A stretch of DNA of 64,000 nt from Candidatus Latescibacterota bacterium. Lineage in GTDB: Bacteria; Latescibacterota; UBA2968; UBA8231. The notes under the pieces were generated by a model. That model saw nothing but the letters and a program-made list of their open reading frames with translations. It was not told the origin of the DNA and did not search any database. How positions within the stretch are numbered: the first letter of the stretch is position 1; each line of letters opens with the position of its first letter. This document shows, one piece after another, positions 43,969 to 53,766 of this stretch. Where the stretch lies: positions 4,960,001 to 5,024,000 of the forward strand of contig OZ242005.1 of the NCBI GenBank assembly GCA_965204725.1. The letters are read 5' to 3'. Both the position numbers and the translations under genes were made by a program.

Positions 43969-44538
43969 GTGCTTACCATTACCCAAGCAGCAGAAGAGAA
44001 AATTGCCAACCTAGTCGCCGAGAGCGAAAAGCCCGTCAAGGGCTTGCGTATCGGCGCCCGCCTCGATCCCGCCAAGCAGGTTGACTACAAGCTAGCCTTC
44101 ATATCCGACCAGCAGATAGGCGGCGACGATCAGGTCGTTCACTTCGCGGGCTTTGACGTGTACATAGACCCCGAAAGCGCCGATCTGTTGGCGGAGGCCA
44201 AGGTGGATTACGTCGATGGCCTCATGGGTTCGGGGTTCAAAATTGAGCGGCCCCGCAAGATGCCCGCGCACCTGAGCGGCCCGGTGGCCGAGGCCGTCCA
44301 TCGCGTCATCGAAACGCAAATCAACCCGGGCGTGGCCGCGCACGGGGGCGTGGTGACCTTGGTGGACATCAAGGGCAACACGGTCTTCGTGCAGATGGGT
44401 GGGGGCTGTCAGGGCTGTGGCCAAGCGGATGTGACGCTCAAACAGGGCATCATTCGCATGATCAAGGAAGCGGTGCCCGAGGTGGAAGCCGTAGTCGATG
44501 CGACGGACCACGCCTCGGGCGAAAACCCTTACTATTAG
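43969..44538 (+). CDS. nfuA: Fe-S cluster carrier NfuA-like
   Basis: GGAGG RBS then GTG; degenerate A-type domain plus Nfu domain INPGVAAHGG, GGCQGC, DATDHASGENPYY. Confidence 0.88.
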   Translation: MLTITQAAEEKIANLVAESEKPVKGLRIGARLDPAKQVDYKLAFISDQQIGGDDQVVHFAGFDVYIDPESADLLAEAKVDYVDGLMGSGFKIERPRKMPAHLSGPVAEAVHRVIETQINPGVAAHGGVVTLVDIKGNTVFVQMGGGCQGCGQADVTLKQGIIRMIKEAVPEVEAVVDATDHASGENPYY

Positions 44539-44555
44539 GCCCGAGGAGAGGCTCT

Positions 44556-45359
44556 ATGGCAACGGCGTTGCCGCTGGTGGCGCGGCCCCATCTCGAGGGC
44601 TACGTGCAGGCGATGAAGGAAGACGGGTACGCCTATTTTCCCGCAGTGCTCAACGAGCGCGAGATCGCCGATTTGCGCCGAGCCATGGACGAGTTGACCG
44701 CGCTGGAGGAAAGCTACGACCGCCACACCGACCCGGCCACGCACGGCTTCCTCAACAAGAGCATCAACAACGCGTTCAACCGCGCACCCATCTTCGCCCA
44801 GTACTTGGACCGGCCCGAAATCATCGACCTAGTTGAAGCGATACACGGCGACGATTGCCACTGCATCGGCATGACGGCTTGGCTGACCGGCCCGGGCCGC
44901 CCGGACCAAACCCTACACGCCGACTGGCAGCCGCTGACCCTGCCCGAAGAAGTCATGGCCGACCCAGCGGTAGAGATTCCAATTTTTATCACCACCGCCC
45001 ATTACTATCTCGACGATCTGACCGAGGAGTTGGGGCCGACTCACTTTGTGCCGGGCAGTCACCGCGCAGGTCGGCGGCCCCGCGCCAGCGAGACCGGCTT
45101 TAAGGGCGTTGAGGAGCAGAGCATCTTGTGCAAGGCCGGCGACTGCGTGTTGTTCCGCTGCGAGGTTTGGCATCGGGGCACGGCGAATAAGAGCAACCAG
45201 ACGCGCTATCTGCTCCAAGTACACTACGCCCAGCGCATTATCACCCAGAAGTACCCCCCCTATCTAAACAAATTTCAATTCGACGCGACCCTGTTGGCGC
45301 AGGCCACGCCCCGGCAGCGGCGGCTTTTGGGCGACCACGTACCGAGCAACTACGACTAA
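44556..45359 (+). CDS. PhyH-family 2OG-Fe(II) dioxygenase
   Basis: DGYAYF, LHAD, GPTHFVPGSH, AGD…WHRG. Confidence 0.9.
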   Translation: MATALPLVARPHLEGYVQAMKEDGYAYFPAVLNEREIADLRRAMDELTALEESYDRHTDPATHGFLNKSINNAFNRAPIFAQYLDRPEIIDLVEAIHGDDCHCIGMTAWLTGPGRPDQTLHADWQPLTLPEEVMADPAVEIPIFITTAHYYLDDLTEELGPTHFVPGSHRAGRRPRASETGFKGVEEQSILCKAGDCVLFRCEVWHRGTANKSNQTRYLLQVHYAQRIITQKYPPYLNKFQFDATLLAQATPRQRRLLGDHVPSNYD

Positions 45360-45363
45360 ATGA

Positions 45364-45753
45364 ATGGATGAACGGTGCGCTATGTCCGATTCCCCCATAT
45401 CCGTCCTGCTCGTTGAGGACAACCCCATTCACGCTCGCCTGTTACAGGGCTTGCTAAAACCGGAATTTGCCGTAGAAGCGGTCGATCACTTAGCGGCCGG
45501 CTTGGCGCGGCTAGCGGCCGGCGGCATCGACGCGATCCTCCTCGACCTAGTACTGCCCGACAGCCAAGAGCTAGCCACCTTCGAGCGCGTCAAAGCAACC
45601 GTCCCGCATATTCCCGTCCTAGTCCTGACCGGCCTCGATGACGAAGTGCTCGCCGAAGAGGCCGTAGCGGCCGGTGCCCGCGATTACCTAATCAAAACGC
45701 AGATCAACGGCGAGAGCTTGGCGCGGTCTATTCGGGCGGCCATAGCGGGTTAG
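45364..45753 (+). CDS. Single-domain response regulator
   Basis: [23 protein letters not shown] (start may be 45382). Confidence 0.9.
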   Translation: MDERCAMSDSPISVLLVEDNPIHARLLQGLLKPEFAVEAVDHLAAGLARLAAGGIDAILLDLVLPDSQELATFERVKATVPHIPVLVLTGLDDEVLAEEAVAAGARDYLIKTQINGESLARSIRAAIAG

Positions 45754-45754
45754 C

Positions 45755-48643
45755 ATGGGGGGCGATCCTCGCTTCCTGCGTTGGACCTGCTGGCTGGCGC
45801 GCTTGGCCGCCTGCGCGACCGTGCTCTCGGGCGCGCTCGTGCTGTGGGGCTGGAACGCCGACGACGAATACCTCAAGAGCTTCATGCACATCAGTTGGGT
45901 GGCGACGCACCCCCTCGTGGCGGTGGAGTTTATCTTGGCCGGTACAGCCCTTTTGTTGTTGCAGGCCGAGCCGTTGAGCCGCTGGCGGCGGGATGCGGGT
46001 ATGGTGCTGGGAGCGATCGTAGTGCTGATCGCCGTGCTCAAGTTAATCGGCTACCAGTACAACTGGGAACGCGGCGTCGATACCTACCTGTTTTATTTCA
46101 AGCTGGGCGTCTCGCGGATGTCGCCCAATGCGGCTTTTTCCTTTTTGCTGATCGGCTTGGCTTTGGTGCTGATGGACGTGCGTGTGCGGGGCCATGCCTA
46201 TCTGCCGCAGCTCTGCATCCTCGCGGCGACGGTCGTCGGACTTTTGTCGATGAGCAGCTACTTCCACAATGTGCTGCTGCTCTACGGGGTAGCCGGGTTC
46301 GTTCCGGTCGTCCCGGACACGGCGACCGAATTCCTCATCCTCTGCTCTGGCCTGCTATGCGCTCGCCCGCACCGCGAGCCAATCGCCACCATAATCAGCA
46401 CTACGGAGGGCGGCTCAGTGGCTCGCCGCCTCTTGCCGGCCGCCTTTGCCATCCCCCTCGTGTTCGACTGGATTCGCACCCAAGGAGAGGGCGTCTATGG
46501 GTACGAGTTTGGCCTCTCGCTCTTTACGCTGCTCAACATTTTGGCCTTTGCCCTGCTAATATGGTGGAATGCTGCGTCCCTGTCGCGGGTTGATGCGGAA
46601 AGGCGACGCTCAGAAGAGCAGCTACAAGAGCAATACCGCCTAACCGCGGCGACCGCGCACTCCGAGCACGAGGCTCTGCTCGCCCTCGAAGAGTCGCAGG
46701 AGGCCCTGCGCGACGCCAAGGAGCAGGCCGAAGCGGCCAACCAAGCCAAGAGCGCGTTCTTGGCCAATATGAGCCACGAGATTCGCACCCCAATGAACGG
46801 CATCATCGGCATGACCGAGCTCTTGGGGCGCACCCAACTCGAATCTCAGCAGCGCAGTTACCTGACCTTGATGCAGCGGTCGGCCGAGGCCCTGCTGTCC
46901 CTGCTCAACGACATCCTCGACTTCTCCAGAGTTGAAGCAGGCCGCTTAGTCTTGGAGCGAATAGGGTTCGGCCTGCGCGACGAGGTGGGCAACGCCGTGC
47001 AGACGCTGGCCATGTCTGCGGCGAGCAAAAACATAGAGCTGACGTGCCATATCCCCGCCGATGTGCCCGACCGCTTGGTCGGCGACCCGCGCCGCTTGCG
47101 CCAAGTGGTCATCAACTTGGTGGGCAATGCCGTCAAGTTTACAGAGGAGGGCGAAGTGGAAGTGGGTATGGCCGTGGAAGAGGCTTGGCCGGACGCCGTG
47201 TGCCTGCGCCTGTGGGTGCGCGACACCGGGATAGGCATCGCACCGGAGAAACAAGCGCGGATATTCGATTCGTTCAGCCAAGTCGATAGCTCGACCTCGC
47301 GGCGTTTTGGCGGCTCCGGCTTGGGCTTGGCCATTTCGCAGCAGCTAATCGAACTGATGGGGGGCCGTATATGGGTCGAGAGCGAGGAGGGCCAAGGCAG
47401 CACCTTTTACTGTACGGTCCGCTTGGGGCTGGGGACGCCGGAGACCGAGCGCGCCGATCAGGTCGCGCTGGAGGGGCTAAGGGTGTTAGTCGCCGACGAT
47501 CATGCGACCAATCGGCGGATCCTCGAAGAGATCCTGAAAAGCTGGGCGATGGAGGTCGAGCTCGTGGAGAGCGGCTCGGCTGCGATCTCGGCCTTGGAGT
47601 CGGCTGAGCGACCCTTTGACTTGGTGCTGATGGACTTGATGATGCCGGGGATGGACGGCCTAGAAACGGTGGCGAGGATGCGCGAGAACCCAGCGTTTGC
47701 CCAAGTGCCGGTGCTGCTGCTTTCCTCGGCCGACCGAGCCGAGTACAGCGCACGGGCGAGTTCCTTGGGCATTGCCCGCAGCCTCATCAAGCCGGTCAAG
47801 CAATCCGACCTGCTAGAGGCCATCGGCGCGGCCCTCGAAGCCGCTCCTCCTCGTGCGCCAAGGCGCGATGAAGTGCCCGAGGACGAGCCGGTAGCGGTCG
47901 CGAGCCTTCGCATCCTCTTGGCCGAGGATGGAGTGATCAACCAGCAGGTGGCCGTGCGGCTGTTGGAGGAGCGCGGCCACTCCGTTGAGGTCGTGAACAA
48001 TGGTCGCACGGCCGTGGAGCAGGTGGAGGCCGAGCCGTTTGACGTGGTGCTGATGGATGTGCAAATGCCGGACATGGACGGCCTAGAGGCCACGGCCGCC
48101 ATTCGCCGCGCCGAGACCCTGACCGGCGAGCACATCCCCATCGTCGCGATGACCGCCCACGCCATGCAAGGCGACCGCGACCGCTTCTTGGCCGCGGGCA
48201 TGGACGGTTACGTCGCCAAGCCCGTGCGGCCGCACGAGCTGTACGCGGCCGTAGAGGAATTCGGTCCCCATGCTGAGGCCGGACTGCTCGCGCCGGCAGA
48301 TGTGCCCTTTGCGTGGGACGCTGCACTCGAAAGCGTCGGTGGCGACGAGGCCATGCTGCGCGAGCTCGCGGAGATGTTTTTTGCCGAGTGCCCCAAGCTG
48401 ATGCAGCAAATCCGAGAGCACATCGCCGGCGCGGACGGCCCCGAGTTGCGGCGAGCCGCGCATACGCTCAAGGGGTCGGCGCACGTTTTCGGGGCTGAAG
48501 AAGCGGCCGAGGCCGCGCATCGGCTGGAGGAAATCGGGCGCGAGGAAGCGTTTGCCGACGCGGCGAAGGCACTGGCGTTGCTGGAGGACGAAGTGGCGCG
48601 GTTGCTGCCGGCTCTGCAGAAGCGGATTGCGACTGGTGCTTAA
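45755..48643 (+). CDS. Membrane hybrid sensor histidine kinase (HisKA-HATPase-2xREC-Hpt)
   Basis: Multiple TM helices, [33 protein letters not shown], two D..MP receivers, AHTLKG. Confidence 0.95.
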   Translation: MGGDPRFLRWTCWLARLAACATVLSGALVLWGWNADDEYLKSFMHISWVATHPLVAVEFILAGTALLLLQAEPLSRWRRDAGMVLGAIVVLIAVLKLIGYQYNWERGVDTYLFYFKLGVSRMSPNAAFSFLLIGLALVLMDVRVRGHAYLPQLCILAATVVGLLSMSSYFHNVLLLYGVAGFVPVVPDTATEFLILCSGLLCARPHREPIATIISTTEGGSVARRLLPAAFAIPLVFDWIRTQGEGVYGYEFGLSLFTLLNILAFALLIWWNAASLSRVDAERRRSEEQLQEQYRLTAATAHSEHEALLALEESQEALRDAKEQAEAANQAKSAFLANMSHEIRTPMNGIIGMTELLGRTQLESQQRSYLTLMQRSAEALLSLLNDILDFSRVEAGRLVLERIGFGLRDEVGNAVQTLAMSAASKNIELTCHIPADVPDRLVGDPRRLRQVVINLVGNAVKFTEEGEVEVGMAVEEAWPDAVCLRLWVRDTGIGIAPEKQARIFDSFSQVDSSTSRRFGGSGLGLAISQQLIELMGGRIWVESEEGQGSTFYCTVRLGLGTPETERADQVALEGLRVLVADDHATNRRILEEILKSWAMEVELVESGSAAISALESAERPFDLVLMDLMMPGMDGLETVARMRENPAFAQVPVLLLSSADRAEYSARASSLGIARSLIKPVKQSDLLEAIGAALEAAPPRAPRRDEVPEDEPVAVASLRILLAEDGVINQQVAVRLLEERGHSVEVVNNGRTAVEQVEAEPFDVVLMDVQMPDMDGLEATAAIRRAETLTGEHIPIVAMTAHAMQGDRDRFLAAGMDGYVAKPVRPHELYAAVEEFGPHAEAGLLAPADVPFAWDAALESVGGDEAMLRELAEMFFAECPKLMQQIREHIAGADGPELRRAAHTLKGSAHVFGAEEAAEAAHRLEEIGREEAFADAAKALALLEDEVARLLPALQKRIATGA

Positions 48644-48664
48644 CGACGCAGGAGAAAGCAGACG

Positions 48665-48700
48665 ATGGAACGAGTGTACATCACGCAATTTGTAGGCTAA
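48665..48700 (+). pseudogene. Duplicated 5' end of the DUF2007 gene (11-aa leader MERVYITQFVG)
   Basis: ATGGAACGAGTGTACATCACGCAA vs ATGGAGCGAGTGTACACCACCCAA at 49367 (21/24 identical), with AGGAG RBS. Confidence 0.75.
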
Positions 48701-48702
48701 AT

Positions 48703-49326
48703 ATGTCTATCTCAAAAAGAGCACAGAGAACGCTAGTGACATTTGAAAACGGGGTCTTCCGTATTGGTGTTAAAGAAAGTTTACATCTGTATATTCTTGG
48801 TCCGCGCTCGGCAGGTAAATCTGCACTGAGCGAATATATTAGCAAAAAGCTAGGGATTAAATGTTACGACATGGATAGCGAGCTTGAAAAGAAACTGCGG
48901 GTCGATGGCGGCGGTGGATTAAGCAATGCAATCAAGCTGAAAGCATGGCAAAAAATTAGCATGGCACTACAGGAATCGCTGTGTGATCTACTAGCACTCG
49001 ACTTTTCTTATATCGCATCGATTCCTACTGGTATCTTTGCCTACGAGCAATCGGCTCTACTGCTGGAAAGAGTTGTGATCCTAGGCATATTGCCCGGAAA
49101 GACCGAAGAAGAAACACTAGAGCTCCTTATAGAGCGCGAAAGAGAAAGGATTCACTTTCGGGAAAGAGTAAAGGAGAATTCTCAAGACGAACAGGGAGTA
49201 GTGAGAGAGTACCGGCGCGGATTGTCGAAAGCCATCACTCTTACACAAATTCAATCAGATGCCTGCTACTTTTATGGAAATGAGACTCCCGGTACGATAG
49301 TGCGAAAATGCTTTGGTATTCCATAA
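48703..49326 (+). CDS. Shikimate-kinase-like P-loop kinase (low GC)
   Basis: GPRSAGKS Walker A followed by YDMD; visibly AT-richer than flanks. Confidence 0.7.
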   Translation: MSISKRAQRTLVTFENGVFRIGVKESLHLYILGPRSAGKSALSEYISKKLGIKCYDMDSELEKKLRVDGGGGLSNAIKLKAWQKISMALQESLCDLLALDFSYIASIPTGIFAYEQSALLLERVVILGILPGKTEEETLELLIERERERIHFRERVKENSQDEQGVVREYRRGLSKAITLTQIQSDACYFYGNETPGTIVRKCFGIP

Positions 49327-49366
49327 TTTACCATGGACCACAAACTTACTAACGGAGGAGTAACTA

Positions 49367-49696
49367 ATGGAGCGAGTGTACACCACCCAAGACTTGGCCT
49401 TGCTCAGTCACCTCAAAAACGCGCTGGCCGCGCAGGGCATTGAATGCGTTTTGCGCGGTCAGCATTTGCTCGGCGGCGTGGGCGAATTGCCCCCGATAGA
49501 GTGCTGGCCGGAGTTGTGGGTCTTGGACGACCAACAGGCCGCAGCCGCAAAGTCGCACATCGAAACGCTGTTTGCGACGGCTGCGAAAGACGAGGAACCG
49601 TGGCCCTGCGCCGCGTGTGGGGAGGAGTGTCCGGGGGCGTTTACGGATTGTTGGAGTTGTGGGGTGGCGCGGGCCGAAAAGAGCGGAACGCCCTGA
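49367..49696 (+). CDS. DUF2007 family protein with C-terminal zinc ribbon
   Basis: L..QGIEC…GELPP..CWPELWV; WPCAACGE…FTDCWSCG. Confidence 0.85.
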   Translation: MERVYTTQDLALLSHLKNALAAQGIECVLRGQHLLGGVGELPPIECWPELWVLDDQQAAAAKSHIETLFATAAKDEEPWPCAACGEECPGAFTDCWSCGVARAEKSGTP

Positions 49697-49755
49697 TCGC
49701 TGACGCCTTTTCTTTTTCCGAGGAACTAAACCCGGAGTTTTGGGACCACTTCTCA

Positions 49756-50684
49756 GAGGCTGTCTGAAAACTCCATTTTCTATTTGATTCTTTTGAGTAA
49801 CAGGTGGATCATAGCAATCTGGATCAAGGCTTCGCTATGGCGGGTCAACACCTCATAATCTCGGGCATGACGGCGCGAGTTCATCACCCATGCCAAGGTA
49901 CGCTCGACGACCCAACGGCGTTTGAGTACGGTAAATCCGGGGCCTTGTTTGGCGACGACTTCCAAGTCAATCTTGTGCGTCTTTTTTAGGTTGGCCACCC
50001 ATGTTCGGATCGCCTCGCCTCGATAGCCGCCATCGCCCCACAGTTTGCGTAACCGGGCTACGCCGGACGTCCCCAAGCGGGTCAACACCTGCTGCAAGCC
50101 GTCTCGATCGGATACATCGGCGGCGGTGACCACCACCTGTCGAAGCAAGCCTGAGGCGTCGACCAGCAGATGCCGTTTTCGGCCTTGAACCTTCTTGCCC
50201 GCGTCGTAACCGGTTGTTTTACCATGGGTTGCCGTTTTGATGGTCTGACTATCGATACAGCCCGCCGAGGGCGTGGCCGGCCGGCCGTTGCGGCGGCGTT
50301 CCTGCTGGGTGAGCCGTTCCAACACCCGCGGCCAGACCCCGTGCCGGCTCCAGCGACGGAAGTAATCATACACCGTTTTCCACGGGCCAAAACAAGCCGG
50401 TAACAACGCCCAAGGACACCCCGTCTTGTTCAGATACAAAAGCCCGTTGACGATCGGACGCCGATCCCGCGGCGGCCGACCCGGACCGTTGGGGCGCCAC
50501 CGCGGAGCCGGCAGCAACGGTTCGATCTGCTGCCATTGCACATCGGTTACATCGGTTGCATATTGGCCACTGGGCGTACTCATCATACGAGCCTTTCTGT
50601 TCAGATTTTGTGGTGAAACCTGAATATGGCCTGATGAGTACGCCGATTCAAATACGACTACATAATGGGTTTTCAGACAGCCTC
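49756..50684 (-). mobile_element. IS5-family (IS1031-like) insertion sequence
   Basis: Terminal IRs GAGGCTGTCTGAAAAC / GTTTTCAGACAGCCTC enclosing a transposase; flanks TCA / TAA. Confidence 0.92.
49780..50586 (-). CDS. IS5 family transposase
   Basis: YATDVTDVQW, GCPWALLP, IDSQT, GRKRH, GDGGY, RWVVERT. Confidence 0.93.
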   Translation of the reverse strand: MMSTPSGQYATDVTDVQWQQIEPLLPAPRWRPNGPGRPPRDRRPIVNGLLYLNKTGCPWALLPACFGPWKTVYDYFRRWSRHGVWPRVLERLTQQERRRNGRPATPSAGCIDSQTIKTATHGKTTGYDAGKKVQGRKRHLLVDASGLLRQVVVTAADVSDRDGLQQVLTRLGTSGVARLRKLWGDGGYRGEAIRTWVANLKKTHKIDLEVVAKQGPGFTVLKRRWVVERTLAWVMNSRRHARDYEVLTRHSEALIQIAMIHLLLKRIK

Positions 50685-50784
50685 TAACAACAATCACTTG
50701 TAGGAGATGCACCGCGTTCTCCGATAAGATGGCGTCAGTATTGCTGAATTTTTACTCTTGCTAATTCGGGCGAGGAGACCGGCT

Positions 50785-50889
50785 ATGCGTTTTTTTAACA
50801 CGACAGGGCCAGTGGTAGCGGCCGATCACTACTGCATTCCACCGTTGGATCGGCTCAATCTCAATAAAGAGGTTGCGATAAAGACATGA
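50785..50889 (+). pseudogene. N-terminal fragment of an AAA-type ATPase gene
   Basis: GAGGAG RBS then MRFFNTTGPVVAADHYCIPPLDRL, recalled as the N-terminus of a common ATPase family; stops after 34 aa. Confidence 0.65.
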
Positions 50890-51395
50890 CGAGATTGGTG
50901 ATTGCGTACCTGCTAAAAGGGAAGGCAGCGAATACAGTTAATGGTTTACGCCAAAAATATGACGTTAAGACTGCCACAGCGATAGCTGGACATCTGACAA
51001 TAGCTGGGCCTTGTAACACGGAAACTCCTCTCTCTCAAATACAAGGCGTAGTGGCCCGTCTTGCTGCTACACTACAACCGATCACACTTACGATCAGTGG
51101 AGTGGAAACATTTCTGCCGATCTCGGCAACATGCTATCTAGGGATAAATCCCAAAGAACCTCTCAAGGCCCTCCATGATGCTCTTGTATCGCAATTAAAC
51201 TGGATGGAAACCTATCCATACCATCCTCACGTGACCATCACTGAGTATCTTACACGTGCAAGAACGGAAGAAGCCGCAGATCAACTTCAAAACTTAAACA
51301 TTTACGAAACCGATACGCTAGATTCTTTAACATTACTCAAGAAGGATTTTAGAGGTACATGGTGCGAGATTGATAAGGAAGCGAGACAGATATGA
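50886..51395 (+). CDS. 2H phosphoesterase (2'-5' RNA ligase/YjcG-like), low GC
   Basis: Two HxT motifs: GHLTI and PHVTI. Confidence 0.85.
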   Translation: MTRLVIAYLLKGKAANTVNGLRQKYDVKTATAIAGHLTIAGPCNTETPLSQIQGVVARLAATLQPITLTISGVETFLPISATCYLGINPKEPLKALHDALVSQLNWMETYPYHPHVTITEYLTRARTEEAADQLQNLNIYETDTLDSLTLLKKDFRGTWCEIDKEARQI

Positions 51396-51614
51396 ACGCA
51401 ACTACCCAAGTGCTTGGCCACGACGATCCGGGTCATGCGAGGGCGCGGGGAGCCATGGTGGAGCGGATGATGGATTGGTATGGAAAGTCGGAGCGTTGTG
51501 TATTTACTTGGATGGGCGCGTATATTTTAGAGAAAAGACGCGCAGATAGCCGGATGCGCTTGCGGAAAATCAAACTCAAAAGAAAACAATCTGTGCCAGC
51601 GAAAGGAGTACACT

Positions 51615-51986
51615 GTGAACATACACGTGGGTAATTTGGCAAAGACTACTAAAAAAGAGGCACTGGTCCAGCTTTTCCAGTCGTACGGGAAGGTCGTGAC
51701 CGCGACCATCGCCCGGGACAAGAAAAGCGGTGCCTCGCGCGGCTTCGGCTACGTGGAGATGGCGACCCGGCACGAGGGCGAAGAGGCCATTGCCCATCTC
51801 AACGACAAGGAGTTTGAAGGGCAGAAGCTGCATCTCAGCGAGGCGCATGAGCGCAAGGAGAAGGCCGGGCGCGGGTCGGGCAAGGGCGACAACCGATTTG
51901 ACTCGCAGCGCAGCAGTTTTTTCTCCCCTCGCGGCGGCCAGCGCAACGCGGGCAACATGCGGCGCAGTGGACGACGGGGTTCCTAG
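51615..51986 (+). CDS. RRM RNA-binding protein with Arg/Gly-rich tail
   Basis: AAGGAG RBS, RNP2 IHVGNL, RNP1 RGFGYVEM. Confidence 0.92.
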   Translation: MNIHVGNLAKTTKKEALVQLFQSYGKVVTATIARDKKSGASRGFGYVEMATRHEGEEAIAHLNDKEFEGQKLHLSEAHERKEKAGRGSGKGDNRFDSQRSSFFSPRGGQRNAGNMRRSGRRGS

Positions 51987-51988
51987 TG

Positions 51989-52579
51989 CTAGCACACCAG
52001 CGCGAGCAGCTCGGCGTGGCTTTGGACGCGGAAGTCGGCTTCGGCAGTCCAGAGGTCCTGACCAGCAGCGTCGTAATAGAGGGTGGTGACCCCGGCGCGG
52101 CGACCAGCTTCGAGGTCGTAGCGGAAGTCGCCGACCATCACGGCGGTTGCTGGCGCAGCACCCCAAGCGGCGAGCAGCTTGCGGATGCCATCGGGGTCGG
52201 GCTTGGGAGCGGCTTCGTCGCGGCCTAAGACGTGGGCGGGGTCAAAGAATTTGGCGAGGTCGCAGACAGCCAGCGTCTGCAAAGCATTGGCGTGGCTGTT
52301 GCGGGTGAGGATGCCGAGCCGGGCACTGCGCTCGACCAGTGAGGTCAGCAGCGCGTGGGCACCGGGTAGGGGGCGGGCGTGGAGCGCGTATTCGCGTTCG
52401 ATCTCGGCAAGGCGGCGTCTGAGCACGGTCGCTTCGGCGGTGGGGCGGGTGCTGATCGCGGCGAGGATATCTTGGTCCAAAGGCAGGCCCAACTGCTGGC
52501 GCATAGCGTTGAAGTCAATGGCACTGTCGGCGAGGGTGTTGTCGAGATCGAAAATCCAGTGGGTGAAGTTCACGAGCAT
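51989..52579 (-). CDS. HAD family hydrolase
   Basis: FDLDNTL, LTRN, KPDPDG, MVGD. Confidence 0.9.
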   Translation of the reverse strand: MLVNFTHWIFDLDNTLADSAIDFNAMRQQLGLPLDQDILAAISTRPTAEATVLRRRLAEIEREYALHARPLPGAHALLTSLVERSARLGILTRNSHANALQTLAVCDLAKFFDPAHVLGRDEAAPKPDPDGIRKLLAAWGAAPATAVMVGDFRYDLEAGRRAGVTTLYYDAAGQDLWTAEADFRVQSHAELLALVC

Positions 52580-52677
52580 TTTCTGCAAGTTTTGTGTCGT
52601 TTTGGCGAGATTTGGTGAAAGGGGCTACTTTGCCAGCACTTCGCTAAAGATTCGTTGTTTTGGGGCCTTGTGTTTTT

Positions 52678-52704
52678 CTGGATTCCCGCGTTCGCGGGAA
52701 TGAC
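52678..52704. repeat. GTCATTCCCG-type extragenic palindrome
   Basis: CTGGATTCCCGCG-TT-CGCGGGAATGAC; partial GGAATGAC again at 52730. Confidence 0.75.
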
Positions 52705-52740
52705 GATTAGTGGGCACGACGGTTGTGTTGGAATGACGGG

Positions 52741-53745
52741 TTACAGCGTCCCGCGCTCGGCAAAAGGAGTCCAGCCTCGGCCGGGTTTGTGGACGGGGGT
52801 GCGCTCGTAGCGGGTGCGGATTTCCTTGAATTCGGCGATGTTGGTGACTTCGCGCTCTGGGTTTTGCATGTCTTTGATGACAAAATCTCCTTCTGTAGGT
52901 AAGCAGGCCATGGTGACTGGGTCGCGTTCCGGGCGAAAGTCTTTGGGGTCTTCGTCAATGTTGTTGGGGACCTCGGCGTCTTGGTAGCGCAGATCGACGC
53001 TCCAGCGCACGACGTCGGTGTTGTTCTCAAAGGAGGCGTGGGGGGTGAGGTTGGTCATAAAGAGCACCGATCCGGCGCGCATTGGGCAGGCCACAGGCTC
53101 GGGGGTCGGCAAGTCTTCGCCGGCGATTTCGAGATACCCGCCTTGCCCGCCGGTGTAGTGGCGATAGACGCCGCTACGGTGCGCTCTGGGGATGACGTAC
53201 AGGCAGCCGTTTTCAATGGTCGCATCGACGAGGGGAATCCAACAGGTCACGATCAAGCTCTGGTCGCAGTGAGGCATGAAATACCCCGAATCTTGGTGCC
53301 ACGGCACGGCCCCGCGCGAGTAGCCGGGGGCCTTGGGGCGGATGCGATATACGGACGAGCCAATGATGTTGGGGCCGACGAGGCTTTCGATACAGGACAC
53401 GAGCGGCGGGTGGCGCAAAAACCCGAGAATGGCCTGTTCTTTGAAGCCGCCGCCACCGCGCCCCATGATCGCTTGCGTCACGCGCTCGCCGACTGCGACG
53501 TTGGCTTTGAAGAGGGTACCGAGGCGGGTTGCAAAGGGTTCGGCGGCAAAGGTTTCCGCGCCGAGCAGCCCTTCTTCTTGCAGGGCGGCACACGTCTGGT
53601 CAATGACGGCGGTGAGGCCGTCCTTGAGAGGTTGCAGATCGGCTGGGGCGTAGAGGTCTTCCTTGACTACGTAGCCGAGGTCGTGGAATTGCTGGCGTTT
53701 GGCAGGGGTTAGGCCCATGACATGCTCCGGGAGAAAGGTCGCCAA
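52741..53745 (-). CDS. PhyH-family 2OG-Fe(II) dioxygenase
   Basis: GYVV, PWHQD, TCWIPL…ENGC, TPHAS, RWSVDLRY. Confidence 0.9.
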   Translation of the reverse strand: MATFLPEHVMGLTPAKRQQFHDLGYVVKEDLYAPADLQPLKDGLTAVIDQTCAALQEEGLLGAETFAAEPFATRLGTLFKANVAVGERVTQAIMGRGGGGFKEQAILGFLRHPPLVSCIESLVGPNIIGSSVYRIRPKAPGYSRGAVPWHQDSGYFMPHCDQSLIVTCWIPLVDATIENGCLYVIPRAHRSGVYRHYTGGQGGYLEIAGEDLPTPEPVACPMRAGSVLFMTNLTPHASFENNTDVVRWSVDLRYQDAEVPNNIDEDPKDFRPERDPVTMACLPTEGDFVIKDMQNPEREVTNIAEFKEIRTRYERTPVHKPGRGWTPFAERGTL

Positions 53746-53766
53746 AGGGTATCCCCCCGGTCCGTT

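Noticed and set aside
48703-49326. Assigning the symbol aroK
   Set aside because: Only the P-loop and DxD match; the substrate-binding GGG and RPLL motifs are not in the expected positions
51392-51634. 80-aa ORF between the 2H and RRM genes
   Set aside because: No recognisable motif; it overlaps the probable promoter and RBS of the RRM gene, so it is likely spurious or a remnant
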